From Deltaproteobacteria bacterium (GTDB lineage: Bacteria > Myxococcota_A > Polyangia > Haliangiales > J016), in NCBI GenBank assembly GCA_003696105.1, contig RFGE01000204.1, forward strand, positions 1 through 61,409: a stretch of 61,409 nt of DNA, given 5' to 3'. Positions 18,752 to 28,282 of the stretch are shown piece after piece. A program made the position numbers and the translations under genes. Each line of letters starts with the position of its first letter. Position 1 is the first letter of the stretch. The notes under the pieces are model-generated. The model saw nothing but the letters and a program-made list of their open reading frames with translations. It was not told the origin of the DNA and did not search any database.

Positions 18752-20103
18752 ATGGAGCCTTCCGTTTTGATCGTCGACGACGACGCGGAGCTTTGTCGCA
18801 CGCTCGAAGCGGGTCTCACGCGGCGCGGCTTTGCCGCTCGATGGTGCACGCATGCGAGCGACGCGCTGGTCGCAGTGAGCCGGGACGACTTCGACGCCGT
18901 GGTGGCCGACGTCCGTCTGCCCGGCCTCAGTGGGCTCGCGCTGTGCGAGCGGATCGCCGCGAACCGCCCCGACGTCCCCGTCGTCGTGATGACCGCGTTC
19001 GGGTCCATGGACGCCGCCATCGACGCCATTCGCGCGGGGCATACGACTTTCTCACCAAGCCGGTTGAAGTCGACGCCCTGGCCCTCGCGCTGCGCCGCGC
19101 ATCCGAACACCGCCGCCTGCGGCGCGAGGTCCAGCGCCTGCGAGAATGCGTGCGCCAGGCCGGCCAGTTCGACCGCCTGCTGGGCAACAGCGACGCCATG
19201 CGGAGCCTGTTCGAACAGCTGGCCCGCATCGCCGTAGCCGACGCCCCCGTTCTGGTGGTCGGAGAAACCGGAACGGGGAAGGAACTGGTGGCGCGCGCGC
19301 TGCACGCGCGCAGCGGCCGCAAGGGTCCGTTCGTCGCGATCAACTGTGCCGCCGTACCGGAGACACTGCTCGAGAGCGAGTTGTTCGGCCACGAGAAAGG
19401 GGCATTCACTGGAGCGCACGCGCGCCACGAGGGCTTGTTCGCAGCCGCACGCGGCGGGACGCTTCTGCTCGACGAGATCGGCGACATGCCGTTGTCCCTG
19501 CAGCCGAAACTGCTCCGCGCGCTGCAAGAGCGCACGATCCGCCCACTCGGTGCCACCCGCGAGGTTGCAGTCGATGTGCGCGTGATCGCGGCGACGCACT
19601 GCGACCTCGACGAGCTGATCCAACGAGGCCGGTTCCGAGCCGATCTCTACTACCGATTGGCCGTACTGCCGGTGCGGGTTCCGCCGCTACGCGAACGAGG
19701 TGGCGACATTCTATTGCTCGCACAGCGCTTTCTCGAGCAAAGCGCGACGCGCGCCGGCAAGGCCATCTCAGGGCTGAGCCCGGAGGCCGCTCGGCGACTC
19801 GGCGACTATCCGTGGCCGGGGAACATTCGCGAGTTGCAAAACTGCATCGAACACGCCGTTGCGATGGCCCAACACACCGAGATCCTCGTCGAGGACCTGC
19901 CCGAGCCCCTTCGCACCTACCGGAGTTGGCGATCCGGCCTCGTACATGAGGCCGACGAGTTGATGTCCCTCGAGGAACTCGAACGTCGATACATCGTGCA
20001 CGTGCTGCGCGTCACCGGTGGCAACAAACGCCGCGCCGCGCAGATCCTGGGTCTGAACAGGGCGACCTTGTACCGCAAGCTCGAGCGCTACCGAGTCCAA
20101 TGA
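18752..20103 (+). pseudogene. sigma54-dependent response regulator (NtrC/AtoC family), frameshifted at about 19036-19039
   Basis: The receiver (VDDD, DVRLP, MTAFG) is in one frame. GAYDFLTKP, GETGTGKE, GAFTGA and the Fis HTH are in another. One extra G in the G4 run restores the frame. Confidence 0.85.
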
Positions 20104-20148
20104 CCGGGCGGCGGCCGCACGGGCCGCGGGCTGGCGTATGCTCGGCGC

Positions 20149-20994
20149 ATGGCGGGCGACATGACCGGGCGCGTGTGCGTCGTGACGGGCGCGAACACCG
20201 GGATCGGCGCGGCGACGGCGCGGACGTTGGCGGCGCGCGGCGCGCGCGTCGTGCTCGCGTGCCGCTCGGAGGAGCGAGCGCGGCCGGTGATCGACGCGAT
20301 CCGCGCGACCGCAGGCGACGACCGCGTCGATTTCGTGCGGCTCGACCTCGGCGACCTCGCCGACGTGCGCCGCGCGGCGCGCGAGCTGCTCGACCGCGGC
20401 CACCCGATTCACGTCCTCGTCAACAACGCCGGCGTCGCGGGCCAGCGGGGCGCGACGCGCGACGGCTTCGAACTCGCGTTCGGCGTCAACCACCTGGGTC
20501 ACTTCTTGTGGACCTCGCTGCTGATGGACCGCCTGCGCGCCAGCGCCCCCGCCCGCGTCGTCAACGTGTCGAGCAAGTCGCACTTCGACGCGCGCGGCAT
20601 CGACTGGGATGCGGTGCGCCGGCCGACGGCCACGTTCACCGGCCTGCGCGAATACGCGGTGAGCAAGCTGGCGAACGTGCTGTTCACCGCCGAGTTCGCG
20701 CGCCGGCACCGCGACGCGGGCGTCACCGCGTACGCGTTGCACCCGGGCGTGATCGCGACCGACGTGTGGCGGCGCGTGCCCTGGCCGGCCCGCGCCGCGA
20801 TCAAGGCGTTCATGAAGTCGCCCGAACAGGGCGCGCGCACGACGCTGTACTGCGCGTCCGATCCGGAGGTCGCCGGCGAGTCCGGGTTCTACTACGACGA
20901 CTGCCGGCGGCGGTCGCCGAGCGCCGTGGCCCGCGATCCGGCGCTGGCCGCCGAGCTGTGGCGGCGCAGCGCGCAGTGGACCGGGGTCGCGTAG
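20149..20994 (+). CDS. SDR oxidoreductase (retinol-dehydrogenase-like)
   Basis: TGANTGIG, NNAG, VNHLGHF, YAVSK, HPGVIAT. Confidence 0.92.
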   Translation: MAGDMTGRVCVVTGANTGIGAATARTLAARGARVVLACRSEERARPVIDAIRATAGDDRVDFVRLDLGDLADVRRAARELLDRGHPIHVLVNNAGVAGQRGATRDGFELAFGVNHLGHFLWTSLLMDRLRASAPARVVNVSSKSHFDARGIDWDAVRRPTATFTGLREYAVSKLANVLFTAEFARRHRDAGVTAYALHPGVIATDVWRRVPWPARAAIKAFMKSPEQGARTTLYCASDPEVAGESGFYYDDCRRRSPSAVARDPALAAELWRRSAQWTGVA

Positions 20995-21066
20995 CGGCGC
21001 GCCGTGCGCCGGGGTCGCGTAGCGGCGCGCCGTGGACCGGGGTCGCGTAGCGGCGCGCGTGCGCCG
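20976..21066. repeat. 28-bp tandem repeat, about 3.2 copies
   Basis: GTG(GA/CG)CCGGGGTCGCGTAGCGGCGCGCC at 20976, 21004 and 21032; duplicates the SDR gene end. Confidence 0.85.
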
Positions 21067-21819
21067 TCACGATGCGCCGCCGGTGTCCGGATCGCGTGCA
21101 CCGCGCCGGCGCCGGGCGCGAACCGCCGCGCCGCCGACCACGACGCCGGCGATGTCGGCGACGTCGATGGCCACTTCCGCGCCTCGCGGCGGCTTCCCGC
21201 GCAGCGCGAGCCGGCCCCGGCGCAGTTCGAGGCGTCGAGGCACGAGCTGAAGCTCCGCCGGCCGGGACCGCGAGCGCGTGCTGAATCGCACCGCGCAAAG
21301 GCGCCCGCGGATCGCGGCGTCCACCAGACCGTCGACGACGTCGGCCGCCGCGCCGAGTTCCGCCGGCAGCGTGCCGTCGGAGTCGAACACGCTCGCGATC
21401 CGATCGAGCCACTCGTGGTCCCGCGCGGCCAGCAGCGCGCGCACGACCTGCGCGACCTGTTCGAGATCGCGGTAAAGCGGCGTGTCGCGCAGCGGTCGCA
21501 GCGCGGCGAGCGCGAACCACAGCGCGACGAGCTGCATCGGTCCCAGCGGCCGCGCGGCGTCGACCGCGGGCGGCGCGTGGGCGATCCGGTAGCGCCTGCG
21601 CTGCGCCCCGGCGCGCTGCTCGTCGACGGGAAACACCTGCTCGATGGTCGCGAGGTCGCGTTCGATCGTCGACTTGCTCACGCCGAACTGGTCGGCGAGC
21701 TGCTTGACGGTGAACCAGCGGGGCGACCGCGCCAGCAGCAGGACGAGGCTCCACTGGCGGACGAGCTGCTGCGAGTCGCGGCAGCGGGGACGGCGAGACG
21801 TGGGACGTGCGGGCGACAT
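21067..21819 (-). CDS. HTH + degenerate WYL-like regulator
   Basis: LVRQWSL..LADQFGVSKSTIERDL HTH, then a WYL-like region without a clear WYL motif or WCX domain. Confidence 0.7.
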   Translation of the reverse strand: MSPARPTSRRPRCRDSQQLVRQWSLVLLLARSPRWFTVKQLADQFGVSKSTIERDLATIEQVFPVDEQRAGAQRRRYRIAHAPPAVDAARPLGPMQLVALWFALAALRPLRDTPLYRDLEQVAQVVRALLAARDHEWLDRIASVFDSDGTLPAELGAAADVVDGLVDAAIRGRLCAVRFSTRSRSRPAELQLVPRRLELRRGRLALRGKPPRGAEVAIDVADIAGVVVGGAAVRARRRRGARDPDTGGAS

Positions 21820-21932
21820 CGCGTCCAGGCTCGCAAACCGCCCGGACACGCCCGCTCCGCCGAGCCGGTTTTCCCGTGCGATCGTCGTGCGTTGCGCCCC
21901 ATCGCGGCGCGCCCGCGGCCGGCCGCGGGCCG

Positions 21933-22913
21933 TCAGGCGCCGTCGCCGTACAGCGCCAGCGCCTGGCGCGCGCGCCGGGCCACCGCTTCGCGCAGCTCGG
22001 GCGGCTCGAGGACTTCCGCGTCGCCGCCGTGCGCCAGCAGCCAGTCGGCCACGCCCTCGAGCGCCGCGAAGTGCAGCCTGCCGACGACCGCTCCGTCGGC
22101 GGCGTCCTCGACCGAGTCCGGCGGCCATTCCTCGCGCACCACCCGCGCGGCCCGTCCGGTGAACCGCACCCTCGCCTCGTCGACGCGGCCGACGAGCAGT
22201 TTGCCGGACCGGCGGTAGCGTTCGACCTTGAACCCGGACGGCACGTCGAATGCCTCGTCGGTGACGGCCACGCTCTTGATCCGCTCGACTTTGAACATGC
22301 GCACGTCGCGGCGCAGGCTGTCCCGACCGACGAGATACCACTGGCCGAGGTGCTGGATCAGCGCGTAGGGCCGCACGCGGCGGCGCGTCATGGCGTCCCG
22401 GCTCGCCGTGTAGTACTCGATGTCGACCGCGCGGCAGCGCCGCTGGGCGTCCCGCAGCCGCGCGACCCGGCCGGCGATCCCGGCGTCATCTCCTTCGAAC
22501 GCGACGCGCGTCTCGGCGGCGTCGACGGCGTCGCGCGCGCCGGCGGACATGGCGGCGCGCAGCTTGTCGAGTGCGCGCGCCGCAGCGTGCCCGAGGTCGC
22601 CGCCGCCCATCAGCGCGCGCATCGCGATCGCGAGGGCGAGCGCCTCGCTGCGGCTGAGCCGGATCGGCCGGCCGAAGTCGAGCGCGATGTCCACGTGAAC
22701 CCAGTCCCGCTCGATGTACGCGTCGATCAGATCGTCGGGGCCGAACGGCGCGCGCCCGGCCATCGTCGCCGTCTCGATCAACTCGCGCACGCGCGCGGCC
22801 GCCAGCCCCAGCTCCTGTTTGATGTCGCGCACGTGTGCGCGCCCGCCGCGCTGGCGAACGAACGCGATCAAGTTGAGCGCGTCGCGCACCCGCGCGCTGA
22901 GCCGCGCACTCAC
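21933..22913 (-). CDS. PafC-like WYL-domain regulator
   Basis: PFGPDDLID, RPIRLSRSEA, YYTASRD, WYLVG..RMFKVERI, VLEPPELR. Confidence 0.85.
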   Translation of the reverse strand: MSARLSARVRDALNLIAFVRQRGGRAHVRDIKQELGLAAARVRELIETATMAGRAPFGPDDLIDAYIERDWVHVDIALDFGRPIRLSRSEALALAIAMRALMGGGDLGHAAARALDKLRAAMSAGARDAVDAAETRVAFEGDDAGIAGRVARLRDAQRRCRAVDIEYYTASRDAMTRRRVRPYALIQHLGQWYLVGRDSLRRDVRMFKVERIKSVAVTDEAFDVPSGFKVERYRRSGKLLVGRVDEARVRFTGRAARVVREEWPPDSVEDAADGAVVGRLHFAALEGVADWLLAHGGDAEVLEPPELREAVARRARQALALYGDGA

Positions 22914-23923
22914 GCCGCCGCCCCCCCGCGACCGGCCGCCGCCCGCAGCGCGGCCACGACCCGGTCGCGCACCGACGCCGGCGACACGACGCGCACGTTG
23001 GGCCCCTGGCGGAGCGCCCACTCGACGAGGCCGTCGGTGTTGGTCACGTCCAGGTCGACGGCCGCCCACCCGTCGCGCGCGGGGCCGACCGGCGTGCCGA
23101 GCGCCTGCTCGGCCAGCCACGCGCGATCCGCGCGCACCTCGACGCGCGTGCGAATCGCCGGATGGACGCGAAACCTCCACGCGGGTTGCATCTGCCACTT
23201 TTCGAGCGAGAACTCGGGCGGCACCGAGAACTCGGGCGGCTCCGCGTCCGGATCGGCGAGCGACAGCGCGCGCATGCGATGGAGCGAGAACTGGCGAACC
23301 TCGCCGCGCAGATGGCAATAGCCGATCACCGCCCACCGCCCGCGCCAGCAGCGCAGCGCATACGGGTCGATCGTGCGCTCGGCCACCTCACCGGTGTACA
23401 GGGCGCAGTAGACGACCCGCAACCGGCGGCCGCGCTCCACCGCGTCCGCGGCCAGCTCGAGGCGGCTCGACAGGTCGGCGACCGGCGCGTGGGCCGGGTG
23501 GTTCAACAGCACCCGTTTGGCCGCTTCGCGCGCCGCGCGCCGGCGGTCGTCCGCCGTGACCATCGACAGCTTCTCGAGCGCCGCCTCGAGGTCGTCCCGA
23601 TACGGGAACTCCGGCCGGCGAACCATTCCCCGGCCGGCGATGACGAGCGCGGCGAGTTCGTCCACGTCGAAGTCGATCTCCGGCAAAAACACGTCGCGCC
23701 GATCGATGACGTAGCCCGCGCCGTCGCTGCGGTCGACGTAGCGAAGCGGCAGGCCGAGTTCGACCAGGATCTGCTTGTCGCGGGAGAACTTGCGCTCGAA
23801 CGCCGCGTCCGACACCGCGCCGTAGTCCTCTGGGAACCAACTGCGAATTTCCTCGCGCGACACCGGTTCGCGCGCGTCGAGCAACGAGGCGATCAGCCTC
23901 AGGATGCGCTCGGTTTGATCCAC
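22910..23923 (-). CDS. PafB-like WYL-domain regulator
   Basis: ERILRLIASLL, FERKFSRDK, RTIDPYAL..GRWAVIGYCHLRGEVRQF; GTGA overlap with the pafC-like gene. Confidence 0.85.
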   Translation of the reverse strand: MDQTERILRLIASLLDAREPVSREEIRSWFPEDYGAVSDAAFERKFSRDKQILVELGLPLRYVDRSDGAGYVIDRRDVFLPEIDFDVDELAALVIAGRGMVRRPEFPYRDDLEAALEKLSMVTADDRRRAAREAAKRVLLNHPAHAPVADLSSRLELAADAVERGRRLRVVYCALYTGEVAERTIDPYALRCWRGRWAVIGYCHLRGEVRQFSLHRMRALSLADPDAEPPEFSVPPEFSLEKWQMQPAWRFRVHPAIRTRVEVRADRAWLAEQALGTPVGPARDGWAAVDLDVTNTDGLVEWALRQGPNVRVVSPASVRDRVVAALRAAAGRGGAAA

Positions 23924-24090
23924 GGCCCCACCCCGCTGATGCCGCGATCGTACGCGCCGCCGCGGGCGCAGACAAGTTCGCGAACGCACAGAGAAATCAC
24001 CGATCGGCGGCCGTCGCGCGTCCGCCGTGTAGCCGAATGTGGGCGCACGTCGGGCAAAGAACCCGGCGCCAGTGAAACCACGGAGGCCCC

Positions 24091-25221
24091 ATGTCGAACC
24101 GATGCTCATCCGGCCCCAACTCGCCGCAGGACGCCCGCCCGGCGTGCCACCCGTTGTGGGAGCGCGCGGACGCGCGCGGCGCGCGCAACGCACCGACTGC
24201 GATGGCTGCATTCCGCTGGCCGTCGCGGCCGGTGCGTGACCTGTTCGTCACGCACTTCGCGGCGCTGCGCGATACGTGCGGCCGCCTTCCGGCCGCCGGT
24301 GTCGCGATCGTCGCGATCGACGAGACGCACGACCGCATCGCAGGCGCGGTCTGTGTCGAGGCGACGCCCACGCGGCCGAACGCGGCGATCGTCGGCCGGC
24401 ACAGCCGCGCCGACCTGTACTTGCCGGATGACCCGACGGTCGCGTTGCGCCACCTCGCCATCATCGTGCCGCCGTTGCTGTCGTCACTCGACGCGACCGG
24501 CATTCGATATCGCGTGGTCGACCTGCGCACCGGCATCGGCTTCGGCACCGAGCGAGACCCGGTGCTGCACTCGATCACGGCCGACGGCCCGGCGTGCGTG
24601 CGCGTCGCGGGCTACGCGCTGTTCTGCCTGCCCGCCGGAGAAGCCGCGGACTGGCCAGACGACCCCGATGCGGCATGGGAACGGTTTCCCGCGTGCCGCT
24701 ACGTGACCGCCCGCCCGCTGCCGGAGGGGCTGCCGGCCGTGCGGCGGCCGCCGCGCGGAACGCCCGCCGGTCGTCGAGGCAGCCCGCGGGACACGCTCGT
24801 CGTCGTCGGTCGCGGCCCCTTCGAGGCGCGTCGCGCGGACGTCCTCGGCGGCGGCCCCCCGGTAGGAGAGCTCGTCGTCGAGCACCGCGGCGGCGGGCGC
24901 GAGCGGCTGCTCGTGGGCGACACGGCCGCGGCCGCAGGGATCCTGCTCGGCCGCTACCCCCGCTGCGACGTCGATCTGCTGCGCGCATTCGACGACGAAA
25001 GCGTGTCGCGGGTCCATCTGCTGGTGGTTCGCGTCGGCGATCGCATGGTTGCGATCGATACGGCGAGCACGAACGGCACGTGGCCGGTCGACGCCGACGG
25101 GGCCTGTGGTTCCGGCGATGGGACGCCTCCGCGCGTCGTCGACCTGACGCCGTCGCGCACGCTCGAACTCGGCAGGGGGCACGTCGCCGTCGCGTGGAAC
25201 ACCGACGCCCGCGCCGCGTGA
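24091..25221 (+). CDS. protein with two FHA-like domains
   Basis: IVGRHSRADL..VALRHL and LLGRYPRCD..VSRVHL..DTASTNGT. The start may be 24202. Confidence 0.75.
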   Translation: MSNRCSSGPNSPQDARPACHPLWERADARGARNAPTAMAAFRWPSRPVRDLFVTHFAALRDTCGRLPAAGVAIVAIDETHDRIAGAVCVEATPTRPNAAIVGRHSRADLYLPDDPTVALRHLAIIVPPLLSSLDATGIRYRVVDLRTGIGFGTERDPVLHSITADGPACVRVAGYALFCLPAGEAADWPDDPDAAWERFPACRYVTARPLPEGLPAVRRPPRGTPAGRRGSPRDTLVVVGRGPFEARRADVLGGGPPVGELVVEHRGGGRERLLVGDTAAAAGILLGRYPRCDVDLLRAFDDESVSRVHLLVVRVGDRMVAIDTASTNGTWPVDADGACGSGDGTPPRVVDLTPSRTLELGRGHVAVAWNTDARAA

Positions 25222-25485
25222 CGCGCGCGGGTCGAGCGCGCCTGCGAAGTCGACGCCGTCGCGTAGGCCGGCCGCGGCGCCCCGGTGCCCGGAGTCCCCG
25301 GCCCCGACCCGCGCGCGCCGCACGCGCGGGCGTCGGTGCCGTGGCGCCCGCCGCGCGCGGCCCCGCTCGCTTGCGCGCCGGCGCCGGCGTCGGCGTTTCG
25401 ACACGACAGCATAACCTGTTGGATTCGCAGTAGAAACCGCGGATCGCACCGCTCGCGCGTCCGCGGCGGTTGCCAACATGGTGAC

Positions 25486-26436
25486 ATGAGTTCGCCGACT
25501 CCCACGGCCGCCGCGCCCAGAGACCTGATCGACGCGATCGCCGCGTTCGCCCGCGCGATTCGCACCGGCGACCCGATCGCCGTCGACGACCTCACGTTCG
25601 TGCCCTTGTTCGGCCCCACCGCGTCCCGCTCGTTCCTGCCACTTGCGGCCGCCCTCGACCGCGGCCACATCACCGTCGGCGAAATCGGCGCAGCAGGCGA
25701 CGTCAACTGCCTGCACGTCGACAACGCCGGCGACGAGCCGGTATTGCTGTTCGACGGCGAGCAGCTCGTCGGCGCCAAGCAGGACCGGGTCGTGAACACG
25801 TCGATTCTCGTACCCCCGCGCGCGCGCATCCGGATCCCGGTGTCGTGCGTCGAACAGGGCCGCTGGAACTACCGCACGCGCACGATCGCCGCCGGCGCGA
25901 TCCTGTCTACCGACATGCGCCGGTCGAAGATGGCGCGCGTCACCACCCAGTTGCGCTGGTGCGGCCGGTTCGACGCCGACCAGCGCGCCGTGTGGCGCGA
26001 AGTCGCGGGCCGCGCCCGCCGGCGCGGCGTCCACGCTCCGACCATGGCACTGAGCGACGTGCTCGCCGCCGACGCCGGCCACGTCGACGCCGTCCGCGCG
26101 GCCGCGCCTGTCCAACCGGGGCAGACCGGGCTCGCCGCGTTCCTCGCGGGACACCTGCTGGCAGCGGACGCGGTCGGCTCGGCCGAGGCATACGCGCACC
26201 TGCACGACCGCCTCGTCGCAGCCGCCGCCGCCGAAGCGGTCGACCGCCCGCGATCGTCGGGCCGACAGCCGCCGTCACTGCACGCCGCGGTACACGACGC
26301 GTTGTCCGGCGCGACCACCGTCGCGACTCCGCCCGGCTCGGGCACGGACGTGCGCGCCATCGGCAAAGCCTTCCGCTTGGCCGCCCTCGTCGCCGACGGC
26401 GACGTCGTCCACCTCGCCGTGTTTTCCACGGCGTAG
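25486..26436 (+). CDS. ARPP-1 / DUF6569-like protein
   Basis: N...PVLLFDGEQLVGAKQDRVVNTSILVP..IPVSCVEQGRW and Q..VW motifs. Confidence 0.75.
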   Translation: MSSPTPTAAAPRDLIDAIAAFARAIRTGDPIAVDDLTFVPLFGPTASRSFLPLAAALDRGHITVGEIGAAGDVNCLHVDNAGDEPVLLFDGEQLVGAKQDRVVNTSILVPPRARIRIPVSCVEQGRWNYRTRTIAAGAILSTDMRRSKMARVTTQLRWCGRFDADQRAVWREVAGRARRRGVHAPTMALSDVLAADAGHVDAVRAAAPVQPGQTGLAAFLAGHLLAADAVGSAEAYAHLHDRLVAAAAAEAVDRPRSSGRQPPSLHAAVHDALSGATTVATPPGSGTDVRAIGKAFRLAALVADGDVVHLAVFSTA

Positions 26437-26466
26437 CGGGCCGCACCCCGCGCGTCCGGGCGCGCG

Positions 26467-27072
26467 TCAGTCGAGTTCGCTCTTGATCCGCTCGATCACC
26501 TCGGTATAGGAGGTGCTCTTGACGACTTCCGCCAGCTCGCGCGTGTACCGCGCCACCAGGTCCGGCCGGTCCCGCTCCTTGGCATCCCGCAGCGCGCGGT
26601 ACAGCGACACGTACGCCCGCTCCGAATTGACGAAGTATTCGACCGCCGCTAGGACCGCCCGCGCCGCCGACGACGCGATCGACCGGGACGAGTCCGCAAA
26701 CGTGAACACCTGCCCCTCGCTGTTGCGGACCTCGAGCGATACCACTCCGATCGCATCGGCCCCGGAGCGCTCGTTCTTGGTGTCGAACTTGGCCTGCACG
26801 TCGAACCCGGTGAACTCGATCGTTTCGAGCGAGCGGTATTCCGGCGCGAACCGCGACAGCAACGCGTGCGTGAGCGCGTCCACCAGCCCCACGCCCGTCC
26901 CCTCGACCGTGTACCGGTTGTTGCCGTCGGGATCCGACAAGTCGACGCGCACGGTGCTCTGGCCGGTCTCGAAATCCTCCTCGAGCACCAGCCCGAGGAT
27001 GCGGTGTTCGAGGTAGTCCGCGCCGAGCGCGCGCTTGATGATGTCGAGGTTCTGTTCGGGACGCTGGGTCAT
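26467..27072 (-). CDS. stand-alone LeuA (isopropylmalate synthase) regulatory-domain-like protein
   Basis: EGTGVGLVDALTHAL..F.V.A....SGADA..VSL..S.SI..SAARAVL.A pattern; no catalytic TIM barrel. Confidence 0.55.
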   Translation of the reverse strand: MTQRPEQNLDIIKRALGADYLEHRILGLVLEEDFETGQSTVRVDLSDPDGNNRYTVEGTGVGLVDALTHALLSRFAPEYRSLETIEFTGFDVQAKFDTKNERSGADAIGVVSLEVRNSEGQVFTFADSSRSIASSAARAVLAAVEYFVNSERAYVSLYRALRDAKERDRPDLVARYTRELAEVVKSTSYTEVIERIKSELD

Positions 27073-27178
27073 GCGTAGGTTCTATGATACCGCACTCGGG
27101 ACACCCCGCCGGTGACAAGTTCCTCCCTCCCCGACATACTTTGCCCGACAACGACCCCGTCCCGCCGCGCCTCCGAAC

Positions 27179-28282
27179 ATGAACGCCTGCGTACAACGGC
27201 TGGCCCGCCTGATCGCGTATCACACGGAGAATCCCGGCGGGGACGAGGTCGCCATCTGCAGCTACCTGGCGGGCGAGCTGCGCGCGCGCGGCTGCGATGC
27301 CGCGCGCGTGGTCCGCGTGCCGCGAACGCGCGACGGCCGACCGCAGATGGGCGCCTACGTGTTCGCCCGCTGGGGCACGCCTCGCACGCTCGTCAACGTT
27401 CACGTCGACACGGTGCCAGCCAACACCGGCTGGACCGCCGACCCGTGGACTGCGCGAGTCTCGGACGGCCGGGTCGTCGGCCTCGGCGCCGCGGACACCA
27501 AAGGGGCGATCGCGGCCCTGCTCACCGCACTCGACCGCCGCTCGCCGCGCGACTTCGGCGTGTTGTTCAGCGGCGACGAGGAGCGCGGCGGCACCTGCAT
27601 TCGCGCGTTCCTCGCCAGCGAGGACGCGCGCGCGGTCGAGCGCGCCATCGTCTGCGAGCCCACCGGGCGCCTCGCCGGCGTCCGCCACCGCGGCATCGTG
27701 GGCCAGCGCGCGCGAGTCGCCGGGCGCGGAGGCCACTCGTCGGCCGCGGACCGCCTGCCCAAGCCGATCGTAACCCTCGCGCACCTCGCGATCGCGCTCG
27801 ACGACCTCGGACGCGCCGCGCTCGACGACGGGCCGGACGACATGAAGGGCATCTGTCTGAACGTCGCGAGCCTCGACGGCGGCGTCGCGTTCAACGTCGT
27901 CCCGGATGCCGCAACGCTCACGTGGTCGCTGCGCCCGCCGCCGGGCTTCGACATGGAGCGGTGGCGTGCGGCGGTACGCGCGCGCGCCGCCGCCATCGAC
28001 CCGGCCATCGACATCGACACGTTCGTCGACAACCCGCCGTTCGACGCCGGCGACACGGGTTGGATCCGGACTCTCCTCGGCAACCGGGTCCGCGCGCTCG
28101 CGCCGCTGCAGTTTTGGACGGAGGCCGCCGAGTTCGTGCGCGCCGGCATGGCGGCCGTCGTCGTCGGTCCCGGCGCAATCGAGCAAGCCCATGCGGCCGA
28201 CGAATACGTGACGGTGGACGACCTCGAATGGGCCGTCGACCTGTTCGCACACGTGCTGGAGCAGGCTCGTGCGCCCGAGTGA
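27179..28282 (+). CDS. argE: M20 acetylornithine deacetylase
   Basis: HVDTVP, GAADTKG, GDEE, EPT, GGHSS, TEA, QAHAADEYV. Confidence 0.8.
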   Translation: MNACVQRLARLIAYHTENPGGDEVAICSYLAGELRARGCDAARVVRVPRTRDGRPQMGAYVFARWGTPRTLVNVHVDTVPANTGWTADPWTARVSDGRVVGLGAADTKGAIAALLTALDRRSPRDFGVLFSGDEERGGTCIRAFLASEDARAVERAIVCEPTGRLAGVRHRGIVGQRARVAGRGGHSSAADRLPKPIVTLAHLAIALDDLGRAALDDGPDDMKGICLNVASLDGGVAFNVVPDAATLTWSLRPPPGFDMERWRAAVRARAAAIDPAIDIDTFVDNPPFDAGDTGWIRTLLGNRVRALAPLQFWTEAAEFVRAGMAAVVVGPGAIEQAHAADEYVTVDDLEWAVDLFAHVLEQARAPE

